Source of the DNA: an uncultured Luminiphilus sp. | GTDB lineage: Bacteria; Pseudomonadota; Gammaproteobacteria; Pseudomonadales; Halieaceae | Length of the DNA: 64,000 nt | Assembly (NCBI GenBank): GCA_938084055.1 | Contig: CALKDK010000018.1 | Coordinates: 55,116 to 119,115 of the forward strand | Direction: 5' to 3' | Shown here: positions 1 to 9,350 of the stretch, piece by piece | Layout: each line of letters begins with the position of its first letter | Numbering within the stretch: position 1 is the first letter of the stretch | Made by a program: the position numbers and the translations under genes | Notes under the pieces: generated by a model | What the model was told of the DNA's origin: nothing | What the model saw: only the letters and a program-made list of their open reading frames with translations | Databases searched by the model: none

Positions 1-882
1 TCGTGTTGCGCCTTCCCGGGCGATTTTTTGCAGCGCGGCCTTGCCGATGTAATCCTGGGCTTTATCGATATCGAGTAGCCGGTCCATGCCAATAGTAAAC
101 GGGTTGTCGTCGAGTGTGATGTCAGAACAGTAGGACAGCATGCCACCCTCGACACTCCGCGCGAGGGACGGACAGGCCGGCTTGATACCAAATTCTGCAC
201 CGGCGGACATACAGAGATCCCAGAGCTCGGTACCCCGCTGGCTGTCCTGCAGGATCAGTTCATAGCCCAGTTCACCACTCCACCCTGTTCGGCTTAGTAC
301 CAATGGCATGCCCTGTAGCTCCACCTCCCGACAGTGGTAGTAACCCAGTTCCAGCGCCAGGTCACCGAAAAGTTTGTATGCCACCCGGGGGGCGAGGGGT
401 CCCTGTAGCTGCAGCGGCGAGGCATCGGGCTCGTGAACCACCACTTCCAGGGGACTCATGGCAGCGGCGGCCTTCGCCCAGAGTAAAATATCGCCATCCC
501 CGGGAGACAGCCAGAAGCGCTGCTCTTCCAGGCGAAAAAGGACGGCGTCATTGACGATTCCCGCGGCTTCATCAAGAAAAATAACGTATCGGCATCGGCC
601 CACCGGGCAACGCTCAATATCCCGCGGGGTTAAAAGTTGCGTAAAGGCCAGGGCGTCGGGTCCACTGATCTCTATCTGCCGTTCAGCAGACACATCCCAC
701 AGGCTGACACCCTGGACAATGGACCAGTACTCCTGCGTGGTATCACCGTAGCTGGTTGGCATGTACATGTGGTTGTAATTGGTGAATGCCTTGGCGCCCG
801 CCGCCACGGTGGCCTCATAGAAAGGCGATTTGCGTACGCGGGGACCCAGTGTGAGAAGGGGTAGGTTTCCTGCGGTATTCAT
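1..882 (-). CDS. GcvT-family aminomethyltransferase, DmdA (DMSP demethylase)-like; 3' end runs off the window
   Basis: Not in the ORF track. Manual translation from ATG at 882 gives MNTAGNLPLLTLGPRVRKSPFYEAT..YNHMYMP..LWDVSAERQIEISGPDA..LTPRD..SRTGWSGELGYE, open to position 1. Confidence 0.85.
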   Translation of the reverse strand, partial: MNTAGNLPLLTLGPRVRKSPFYEATVAAGAKAFTNYNHMYMPTSYGDTTQEYWSIVQGVSLWDVSAERQIEISGPDALAFTQLLTPRDIERCPVGRCRYVIFLDEAAGIVNDAVLFRLEEQRFWLSPGDGDILLWAKAAAAMSPLEVVVHEPDASPLQLQGPLAPRVAYKLFGDLALELGYYHCREVELQGMPLVLSRTGWSGELGYELILQDSQRGTELWDLCMSAGAEFGIKPACPSLARSVEGGMLSYCSDITLDDNPFTIGMDRLLDIDKAQDYIGKAALQKIAREGATR

Positions 883-1074
883 CGTATGGTGCTCCGCGTT
901 ACATCTGTTTTTTTGCTTCGCGGATTCTGGGGTTTCGCTGGCTACATTGTCGAGGCCTTCGAGGGCGAAAAATATAAATAAACTTGAGGTCCCTGGACCC
1001 GTATGCGCGGCGCGTCATACACGTCGCATTGCCTGCGTGGTAACAGGAACAGCCTCCCAGATACAGGATGTTGC

Positions 1075-2400
1075 ATGACGAATCCGGAGGGATCGCAAAG
1101 CTTGGGCAGTGGGAACAGCGGTGAGGTCAACCCCTACAGGTCAAAGCGGGCGGCATACTACGCCCTGGGTACGCTGACGGTCGTTTACAGCTTCAATTTT
1201 ATTGATCGCCAACTGTTGGCCATCCTGCAAGAGTCCATAAAGGCGGAATTGCTGCTCAGTGATGCCCAACTGGGGCTTCTCACCGGCTTTGCCTTTGCGG
1301 TTTTTTATGTCACCGCGGGACTGCCCATTGCCAGCTGGGCCGATCGCAGCAACCGGCGCAATATTGTCTCCCTGTCGCTGTTTGTCTGGAGTTTCATGAC
1401 GGCCATTAGCGGCTTCGCCCAGAATTACTGGCAGCTGCTACTGGCCCGAATTGGTGTCGGGGTCGGTGAGGCTGGCGGAAGTCCGCCCTCGCATTCGATG
1501 ATCTCAGATATCTTTGCCCCCGAATCCCGCGCCGGTGCCCTCGGTTTTTACTCAACGGGCATCAGCTTTGGCATTTTATTCGGTTTCCTGTTTGGGGGTT
1601 GGCTTAACGAATTCTTTGGTTGGCGGGTGGCTTTCCTGGTCGTGGGGCTGCCCGGCGTTTTGCTGGCACTGCTGGTGCGCTTCACGCTCGCCGAGCCCAT
1701 CCGCGGCCTGAGTGAGCAGCGCGAGGCCAAGCAGGAAAGTGCCTCAATGAAAGCAGTGGTCACGCTGCTGTGGAGTCGACGTTCCTTTCGCCATATGGCC
1801 ATGGGCGCCGCCATGAATGCGTTTGCAGGTTACAGCGTTGCCAATTGGGTTGCGTCTTACATGATACGCAGCTACCAGATGCCTACGGGAGAGCTCGGTA
1901 CCTGGCTGGCGCTCATTATCGGTGTCGGCGGTGCGATCGGGGTATTTGGATCGGGTGTTCTTGCCGATCGACTGGGAAGTCGTGATGGGCGTTGGTACAT
2001 GTGGATGCCCGCGGTGGCGTGTGCAATTGCAATCCCTTTCCAGTTCGGTGTCTATTACTTTGCAACTGACGCCTATTTCGCGCTGTGCATGGCCATCGTG
2101 CCCGCCGTCCTGTCCAATGCTTACCTGGCTGCAACGATTGCCACTGTGCATGGTTTGGTTGGCCTCAGGATGCGGGCGCTGTCGTCTGCCATCCTGTTTT
2201 TCATACTGAATATTATTGGCCTGGGTGCCGGGCCATCATCGGTGGGGTTGGTCAGCGATCTACTGCAGCCTGCGTACGGCATTGAGTCCCTGCGTTATGC
2301 ATTACTTTGGCTGGTGCCAGTCGCGCTGTGCTGGTCCGGTATTCACTACGTCCTTGCCGCACGTTATGTTCGGGATGATCTCGCTGCAGCACCCAGTTGA
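1075..2400 (+). CDS. MFS transporter (spinster-like)
   Basis: About 12 hydrophobic segments; FNFIDRQ, WADRSNRR and ARIGVGVGEAG motifs. Start moved from 1003 to ATG 1075. Confidence 0.9.
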   Translation: MTNPEGSQSLGSGNSGEVNPYRSKRAAYYALGTLTVVYSFNFIDRQLLAILQESIKAELLLSDAQLGLLTGFAFAVFYVTAGLPIASWADRSNRRNIVSLSLFVWSFMTAISGFAQNYWQLLLARIGVGVGEAGGSPPSHSMISDIFAPESRAGALGFYSTGISFGILFGFLFGGWLNEFFGWRVAFLVVGLPGVLLALLVRFTLAEPIRGLSEQREAKQESASMKAVVTLLWSRRSFRHMAMGAAMNAFAGYSVANWVASYMIRSYQMPTGELGTWLALIIGVGGAIGVFGSGVLADRLGSRDGRWYMWMPAVACAIAIPFQFGVYYFATDAYFALCMAIVPAVLSNAYLAATIATVHGLVGLRMRALSSAILFFILNIIGLGAGPSSVGLVSDLLQPAYGIESLRYALLWLVPVALCWSGIHYVLAARYVRDDLAAAPS

Positions 2401-2541
2401 GGGTGGAGGTGGGCCGAGGCGGGGGCTACCCCCCACTTGCGGCCATCAGCCGAGAGTTGCGCGGGATTTTTATGGTTGTGGGAACATCAGTTGCGGTGAA
2501 GCCAATGACTGTGGATTGGTGAAGGTAGAAGGGAGTCTACA

Positions 2542-3774
2542 GTGCGCCACTGCGCTTGCATTTTAATCATGGTTTCGATGGTCTTCGCCGGTAGTGCCAA
2601 CGCCGCTCAAAACCGATTTCTCGGATTGCTCAATACCGTTAAATCGGTGCTTAGCGGGGGCGAGGTTGTGCCGCCTCCTCAGGTGGGCCTGGACTTTTCT
2701 GAGGTCGATGCAGCTTTTCAGCGATTTCTCGACGATAGCCTGGTGTTCGACGGTATCAGCTACGTGGTGGTAGACGCCGGTGCAACCCTGCATACGGCCA
2801 CTTTTGGGGACCATACCGAGGACCTCGTGGTCTTGCTGGCATCGACCAGCAAAGTACCCGCCGTGATGACCCTGCTTGCCGTGGATGAAGATCCAGGCGT
2901 TGCCTTCAGCATGGATCAACCTGTGGCCACGATGCTTCCGTACGAGGGTGTCTACACCGATCGAACAATTACGCAAATGGTCAGTAACACCTCGGGGATT
3001 CCCGGACTGGGGGCGCTTGCGGATTATGGAAGCCCGTTCGGGACCAGGCTTGAGGATCTCAATCATCTGTGCTCTTTTTCGACAGAGGATTACGTGGAAT
3101 TTGAGGCCTGCGGTGAGCAGCTGTTAACCAATGAACTTCCGGAAAGCCAGCCGGCGGGCCAGGCGTTCGACTACGGTGGCAGCCAATGGCAGGCCGCGGG
3201 TGTCACCGCTTCCGTGGCCGCCAATGCCACTTGGAATCAGCTGGTCGATCAGTACTTGGCAACCCCGTGTGACCTTGAGGTATTTACTTTCGGTAACCCC
3301 TGGCAAGAGATCAGCTTCGGCAGCACCAGCTTCAATGGCACGGTGGAAAGCCTGCCGGGACAAAGCAACCCCCACATTGGCGGCGGTGCTATCACCAATC
3401 TGGCCGACTATGCCAAACTATTGCAGGTCCACCTCAATGGTGGTTACTGCGGGGAGACGCCCGTGCTGAGTGAGTCGGCGCTGGCTGCCATGCGTGTTGA
3501 TCGGGGTGGTGTGGTCGGCACAGACCCCGTGCCCTACGGCATGGGCTGGTGGATATCCCGCGACAAGGCGGATGTTTATGATGATCCGGGCGCCTTCGGC
3601 GCCATCAGTTTTATCGACACGGCACGAGGCATCGGGGGGTATGTGGCGATCGACGACTACACACGGATAGACTCCGGCGCGCCCGTAAATTTAGTGAGAG
3701 ACCAAATAATCGAATGCATCCAGAGCGTCATAGACGGCCGGCCCCAACCCTGCGAAGTGTTCGGTACGGATTGA
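2542..3774 (+). CDS. Exported serine hydrolase, beta-lactamase/transpeptidase-like family
   Basis: Signal peptide (..SANA-AQ), SxxK motif STSK, FDYGG, YGMGWW. Confidence 0.8.
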   Translation: MRHCACILIMVSMVFAGSANAAQNRFLGLLNTVKSVLSGGEVVPPPQVGLDFSEVDAAFQRFLDDSLVFDGISYVVVDAGATLHTATFGDHTEDLVVLLASTSKVPAVMTLLAVDEDPGVAFSMDQPVATMLPYEGVYTDRTITQMVSNTSGIPGLGALADYGSPFGTRLEDLNHLCSFSTEDYVEFEACGEQLLTNELPESQPAGQAFDYGGSQWQAAGVTASVAANATWNQLVDQYLATPCDLEVFTFGNPWQEISFGSTSFNGTVESLPGQSNPHIGGGAITNLADYAKLLQVHLNGGYCGETPVLSESALAAMRVDRGGVVGTDPVPYGMGWWISRDKADVYDDPGAFGAISFIDTARGIGGYVAIDDYTRIDSGAPVNLVRDQIIECIQSVIDGRPQPCEVFGTD

Positions 3775-4176
3775 TGCGTCTCCAGGAAGAGGTCTGGCGG
3801 TCATTGGTGTGGTCCGTGGAGAATCTGCCACGCTGGCAGATCGGCCCACCGGCCTGGGCTGCCAGGGTCTTGCCGCAGATTGCACCCCGGGTACAGGAAG
3901 GCGTTTTGTCACTTGGTCAAGGTTCTGGCGGGGCGATCCCCGGGTCGCATTGCCAAGCGAAACCAGCGCGTCAAGTGGCTTATATCGGCAGGTCAGCAGG
4001 TGTATCCCGTTGCCGGGTGATCCGTTGTAGGCCATGGACCTGTCGGTAACGGGGGGTACGAGCAGCTGTCCTATGTACACTACCCGTAGTATCAGGAAGC
4101 CCACCTGCGGCGACACAATGCTAGGCCATGCCGCTGGTTGCAAAGGCGCTTTTGGGCGGCCTCTTTTGGGTGTTGG

Positions 4177-6030
4177 ATGATGGCGGCTCTGCAGGATCGT
4201 GGGAATGGCCCCGATGGACAGATCGCCCGACATCGCTATCTGGATATCCTGCATGAGTTCACCCTCAGGCAGACCGGCCTCACTACCCTCGATGACATTG
4301 TCTGGAATATCGCGAAAACCGCGATTGCGGAATTGGGATTTGAAGATTGCGTTGTTTACCTGCTTTCAGAGGATGGTTTCACCCTGAGGCAGGTCGCCGC
4401 CCATGGCCCTAAGAACCCGGTCGACAGGGAAATTTACAACGAGATTACTATTCCTGTAGGGGAGGGGATTGTCGGTCACGTTGCGAAAACAGGTGAGGTC
4501 CAGTGCATTGCGGATGTGCGACTCGATGCGCGCTATATCACTGATGATCATTTCCGCTTGTCCGAGTTGGCTGTTCCCATCACCCATGCTGGTCGCGTTA
4601 TTGGTGTCCTGGACTCAGAGCATTCCCGAGCCAATTTTTTCAAGGACGAAGATGTCCATTTATTCACCACTATCGCAGCGCTGGCTTCAACCCGCATTGA
4701 GACGGCCCTCGCGGTGCAACGACTGGAAAGCACAGTTGAACACCTTCAGAAGGCGCGTTTGCAGCTGGAACAGCAGGCGGATGAGTTGCGGGAGTCGCGA
4801 CTGGCCGCAGAGGCAGCCTCCATCGCCAAGACTAATTTTCTAGCTAACATGAGTCATGAAATTCGCACCCCCATGACGGCTATTGTGGGTTTCGCGGAGC
4901 TTCTGGCGAACGGTGGCGCCACGGGTGAACAACAGTCGGTCTGGCGGGGGCAACTCACCCGTAATGCGGATTACCTGAAGGATTTGATCGGCAATATTCT
5001 CGACATGGCGGCGGTCGAAAGCGGTTTCGTAAGCGTTCAGGAGGAGCAGATAGGATTGCAGTCCACGGTGGCGGATGCCGTGGAGGTTTTGCGTGCCCGA
5101 GCGGAGGCGAAGGCGCTGACCCTGCACTGCAGCAGTCGGGGTTCGCTACCGGCAGAGGTCATTACTGATCGGGTCAAGCTGCAGGAAATCATCGTTAACC
5201 TGGTGAGCAATGCGGTGAAATACACGGAGAGTGGGACGGTCGGGGTGACGCTCTCGGCAGAGCGGCAGGGTAGCCTCGCCCAGGTGTCAGTCGCCGTTCG
5301 CGATACGGGTATTGGTATAGACCAGAGCCAGTTGAGCAACCTGTTTGTCCCTTTCAGCCGGGTCCACGATACAGAACGCCTGGCGGGTATCGAAGGGACC
5401 GGTCTGGGTCTGGCGCTGACTTATCATTTTGTCGAGGCATTGAATGGCCGTACTGTGGTGACTTCAAGGCTCGGTGAAGGATCGGAATTCACAGTGACGA
5501 TTCCCTGTGGGGTCCCCGACGATGTGCCCTGGTCCGATGAAGCCATCAGCAATCCATTTCTCAGATCACTGTCGCCATCCACAGCTGTAGAGCCCAGTCT
5601 GTCCGAGCAACCGCAATCATTAGAGGGTTTTCACATTTTGTTTTGCGAGGACAGTGAGCCCATTGCGTTGCTCCTGCACACGCTGTTGACGAAGGCGGGG
5701 GCCAGGGTCACCCATTGCCTTAATGGTATGACCGGTCTGCAACTGTTTGAGGACTTGGTTGCCAGTGGATCGACTCCAGACCTTGTATTGATGGATATGC
5801 AGATGCCGGTGATGGACGGTTACCAGGCCACCGGCCATTTCAAGCGACTGCAGCAATCGGTACCGATAATTGCCCTCACCGCTTTTGCCCTCAAAGAAGA
5901 TGTGGAGCGCTGCTTGAGTGCGGGTTGTGACCACTACCTCACCAAGCCCATCCATGCCGCGACCTTCGCCAAAAAAGTACGCGAGTTCCATGACGGATAT
6001 AGGGAACAGCTTGGCCGTGGGAACTCTTGA
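4177..6030 (+). CDS. Soluble hybrid sensor histidine kinase (GAF-HisKA-HATPase-REC)
   Basis: GAF (GEGIVGHVA, SELAVPI, IGVLDSEH), H-box FLANMSHEIRTPM, N-box NLVSNAVKYT, G boxes DTGIGI and GTGLGL, receiver LMDMQMPVMDG..KP. Start uncertain (4138 or 4177). Confidence 0.92.
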   Translation: MMAALQDRGNGPDGQIARHRYLDILHEFTLRQTGLTTLDDIVWNIAKTAIAELGFEDCVVYLLSEDGFTLRQVAAHGPKNPVDREIYNEITIPVGEGIVGHVAKTGEVQCIADVRLDARYITDDHFRLSELAVPITHAGRVIGVLDSEHSRANFFKDEDVHLFTTIAALASTRIETALAVQRLESTVEHLQKARLQLEQQADELRESRLAAEAASIAKTNFLANMSHEIRTPMTAIVGFAELLANGGATGEQQSVWRGQLTRNADYLKDLIGNILDMAAVESGFVSVQEEQIGLQSTVADAVEVLRARAEAKALTLHCSSRGSLPAEVITDRVKLQEIIVNLVSNAVKYTESGTVGVTLSAERQGSLAQVSVAVRDTGIGIDQSQLSNLFVPFSRVHDTERLAGIEGTGLGLALTYHFVEALNGRTVVTSRLGEGSEFTVTIPCGVPDDVPWSDEAISNPFLRSLSPSTAVEPSLSEQPQSLEGFHILFCEDSEPIALLLHTLLTKAGARVTHCLNGMTGLQLFEDLVASGSTPDLVLMDMQMPVMDGYQATGHFKRLQQSVPIIALTAFALKEDVERCLSAGCDHYLTKPIHAATFAKKVREFHDGYREQLGRGNS

Positions 6031-6176
6031 TACTTGGCAGGAACTCGCCGTCAAAGGGTTGTGTGCGCGACTGCATATGGCCCACGGACTGCTGGGCGTG
6101 GCATCCGGCCTCTTATGAGGAGCTTCACAGCCACGCCCATCGCCCTGTCCCGAGCCATCCTGCCTACCGGTAAGTC

Positions 6177-7391
6177 GTGACCCGATCGCCTCGGAACAGC
6201 CTGCTGAACGCGGACCTGATGGTTTTGTTGGGAAGCCAGGCTATCTTTGTCTCGGCAGGAGCCATGACGGTTACCATGGCGGGCATCATCGGGGCGCGTT
6301 TGGCGCCCGATCCCTCGCTCGCTACCCTGCCGGCATCGCTGATGGTACTGGGTACGGCGCTGGCTGCCTTTCCAGCGGCGCAGCTGATGCAGGGCTTTGG
6401 CCGCAGGGTCGGATTTATGTGCGCTGCGATTATGGCTCTCCTGTCCTGTGTCTTGGGCCTGTGGGGACTCGGCAAGGGGTCCTTTGTGGTGTACTGCCTT
6501 TGCACCGGTATGCTGGGCATCAGCCTGGCCTTCAGTCAACAATTCCGCTACGCGGCGGCGGAAACCGTGGCGCCTGGTCGGGCGGGTTCGGCAGTTTCAG
6601 TCCTTCTCCTGGGTAGCGTGGGCGGTGCCCTTGTGGGACCAGAGCTCGTTGCTCGCGCCGATCAGATTCTGCGCCATCCGCACCTGGGAGGTGCCCTGAT
6701 GGGTGCGGGTCTCCTGTTTTGTATCGCTCTGCTGCTGCTGTCACGCCTGTCTTTGGGACACGGTGGCGTCAGCAGCTCCCCCCGGTCGATAGCCTCGCGT
6801 CCGACCGCCAGAAGCGTTCACCCACTTTTGTGGTTGGCGGTTGCTGCCGGGGTTGTGGGGCAGGGGCTAATGACTTTTGTGATGACCGCGACGCCCGTTG
6901 CCATGCATGTACACGATGGACACTCGCTGGGCGACACCGCCGCCGTCGTTCGGGTCCACGTGCTCGCCATGTACCTGCCCTCTCTGGTCTCGGGTGTGCT
7001 GATAGCGCGCCTTGGTGCGCGGCCCCTGATGGCCCTGGGTGTGATCGTGTTCCTGGGCACCCTGATCGCCGCCCTGTCGGGTCGAACGGTTGGACACTAC
7101 GGCGTGGCCATGCTGTTACTGGGTGTCGGTTGGAATTTTTTGTTTGTGGGCGGCACCACGTTATTGGTGCAGTGCGCAGATCCGAGCGGGGGTTTCCGTG
7201 TGCAGGGTTACAACGACGCGGCGGTTTTTGGTAGCTCAGCACTGGCGAGTTTCGCCGCCGGTGCTGTGTTGGATAAACTCGGCTGGCACGCCGTTGCGCT
7301 CAGCTCACTGGTTCCCATTGTGTTGCTGGGGGTTGCGCTGTATTACTTACGCCATGTGCGGCTGCCCCGGCAGGAGAACTCCTGTCCATAA
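6177..7391 (+). CDS. MFS transporter
   Basis: About 12 TM segments; QQFRYAAAE and GVGWNFLFVGGT motifs. Confidence 0.85.
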   Translation: MTRSPRNSLLNADLMVLLGSQAIFVSAGAMTVTMAGIIGARLAPDPSLATLPASLMVLGTALAAFPAAQLMQGFGRRVGFMCAAIMALLSCVLGLWGLGKGSFVVYCLCTGMLGISLAFSQQFRYAAAETVAPGRAGSAVSVLLLGSVGGALVGPELVARADQILRHPHLGGALMGAGLLFCIALLLLSRLSLGHGGVSSSPRSIASRPTARSVHPLLWLAVAAGVVGQGLMTFVMTATPVAMHVHDGHSLGDTAAVVRVHVLAMYLPSLVSGVLIARLGARPLMALGVIVFLGTLIAALSGRTVGHYGVAMLLLGVGWNFLFVGGTTLLVQCADPSGGFRVQGYNDAAVFGSSALASFAAGAVLDKLGWHAVALSSLVPIVLLGVALYYLRHVRLPRQENSCP

Positions 7392-7520
7392 CCCCGACCT
7401 GCCGCCGCCGCGCGGCGCTCGGCGGGGTGCACCCTTGCCAGGGGGCCCCGCTGTGATAGCGTGCACTTGAACCCTGCGGCAGCAGGACAAACGAGTATGC
7501 TCGGGCGGAAGGAGATAGTC

Positions 7521-8321
7521 ATGTCATGGATAAATACGGGAGTAAAGCTGCTCCTGATCAGCGCCTGCCTGGTTTTTGCTGGCGGAGCGGGTGCTGATCC
7601 GATTGCCAGGATGTCTGATAAACAGGTCAAGGAGTTGGCCAAGACCCTGGCCAAGCAGGAGAAGGCCGTTGAAAAAGCGCTGCCGTCCAAGTTCAAGAAA
7701 AGCGTCTTGCGGGGTCCGACAGGTGAACTGATGGTGCGGGACTACTTCAGCGATCTCGGCGACGCCATAGACCATCTCTACGAACGCTTCACGGGACAAT
7801 ATTCCGCCAGCGCGGAAGCCACTGAAATTCTCACCCGCTCCTCGGTGATGCACCAGTACTTCCAGGACAATCCGGCAGTCAAAGGGGTCAACGAATGGGA
7901 TGTCTATGCCGGGAGCCTGCAACAGCTGGCGGGGGCTTACGGTGAGGAATTTCCCCTTGGGGATAATCCGGCTGTGCGCAGAATTGGTGATCAGGAGTTG
8001 GCGGCTGCCGCCAAGGATGCCGCGGATTTTGCCAAAGACTTTGACAGCGTTCTCTACAAAGGCACAAAGAAGACCAGTGAACTGAAAGACGACGTGAAGA
8101 ATGCCCGGGCTGAGCTCAAGATCGTTGCCAGCGCCAGCAAGACCCTGGGTAGCAACATCAAGAAGGGACGGCCAGCGACAGCCGAGGCCCGGCAGGTCAT
8201 GCAGGCGGTTGCTGCGATCGAGTCCGTGCTCGACGAGGAGGCGATGCCTGAGGAGGTGGTCGACGCCTGGGACGACGGTCAGGTTCCGATAAACAAAATC
8301 GCGCAGGCTTTTGCCCTCTAA
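7521..8321 (+). CDS. Exported hypothetical protein with an internally duplicated helical domain
   Basis: GGAG RBS before ATG 7521; signal peptide ending AGA-D; two similar halves. Confidence 0.75.
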   Translation: MSWINTGVKLLLISACLVFAGGAGADPIARMSDKQVKELAKTLAKQEKAVEKALPSKFKKSVLRGPTGELMVRDYFSDLGDAIDHLYERFTGQYSASAEATEILTRSSVMHQYFQDNPAVKGVNEWDVYAGSLQQLAGAYGEEFPLGDNPAVRRIGDQELAAAAKDAADFAKDFDSVLYKGTKKTSELKDDVKNARAELKIVASASKTLGSNIKKGRPATAEARQVMQAVAAIESVLDEEAMPEEVVDAWDDGQVPINKIAQAFAL

Positions 8322-8435
8322 CGCGGGCGGGTGTTGGCCAAGCCCGCTTGGGCTGGGACTGCAAATCCAAGTTGCCCTGGTTCCGGAGGTGGGCCCCGGC
8401 CGTTGGGCGCAGGCACGACGATGGAGATGTGGGTG

Positions 8436-8972
8436 ATGAGAAAACGTTATTTTTGTGCGTTGTTGCTGGCTGGCTTCGTCCCGGCACTGGTTCAGGCCGA
8501 AGACGTCAAACTGCAGGTAGCAGTGGAAGGCGGCGCTTTCAACTCGAAGTTTAAATTCTTTGATGCCAGCGACGGCTGTCCGTCCTACAACGATATTCCC
8601 GGCGCCAAGGACTTTATGGGGGACGTCTTCGCCTCGGGTAAGGGCGCCAGCAAAGTCCTGCCCACCGACACCCCCATCCATATTTTTCTTTTCAAGCCGC
8701 GGGATACCTTTGCGATCAGCGCCGGTGGGGGCCAGGCCGAAATACGTAGGCGATCGCTACAGGTGATCCTGGATGGAGATGCCGAGCTCGTCGTTACCGG
8801 TTTTGAGGACGGCATGCCCCAGTGGCGGGCATCCGGGGGCATTGACGTCGAACGCGCCCTCGCCTGTACCGCCACCGCCGATCCTGAAGCCGATCATCCG
8901 GAAGCAGACGCGGATGATGCCCAGGATTTGGAGCATGGCGGGGTCGAGGAGGGTCCTGAGGCCGGTGTATAG
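8436..8972 (+). CDS. Exported hypothetical protein with acidic C-terminal tail
   Basis: GGAG upstream of ATG 8436; signal peptide MRKRYF..LVQA-ED; two Cys in the mature part; D/E-rich tail. Confidence 0.65.
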   Translation: MRKRYFCALLLAGFVPALVQAEDVKLQVAVEGGAFNSKFKFFDASDGCPSYNDIPGAKDFMGDVFASGKGASKVLPTDTPIHIFLFKPRDTFAISAGGGQAEIRRRSLQVILDGDAELVVTGFEDGMPQWRASGGIDVERALACTATADPEADHPEADADDAQDLEHGGVEEGPEAGV

Positions 8973-8985
8973 AGGCCGGTGTATA
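8958..8985. repeat. Perfect 14-bp tandem duplication GAGGCCGGTGTATA x2 spanning a stop codon
   Basis: Read directly: copies at 8958-8971 and 8972-8985. Confidence 0.85.
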
Positions 8986-9350
8986 AAAGTCCTGCGAGTG
9001 GCTCAGCCCCAGGGAGTTGTCCCGTGTGTCTCGTAGTCCTGCCCCTAAACCCGACTTTGTGTTGGCTTGTGCTTTGTGTCCAAGAATCCAAATTGCCACT
9101 TGCATTTTGACCTATATTCGCCAAGATGGGGGGTGAAGACTAGGAACCTGCGCCCTTGGGCGGCGGTTTTGGGACCTAGCCGTGTATGGCGGGCTGGCCT
9201 ACACTGGTTGCGTCCTGGTTGCGGGGTAAACCGCTGACGTTGGGTTACAGACCCTGCGTGCGGTCAGCGTATCACGACGCCAAAGCCGTCAAAGAACGGC
9301 ATTAATGTTCGCGTTATTTGCATGAGAGCCACTGAACAGGAATATAAAAC

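Noticed and set aside
3775-4176. Possible small gene or sRNA in the 400-bp spacer before the kinase
   Set aside because: Only a short hairpin (ATCTGCCA/TGGCAGAT) and motif-less ORFs; no support.
7524-8681. 385-aa minus-strand ORF
   Set aside because: Antisense shadow of two plus-strand genes that have RBS and signal peptides; no motifs.
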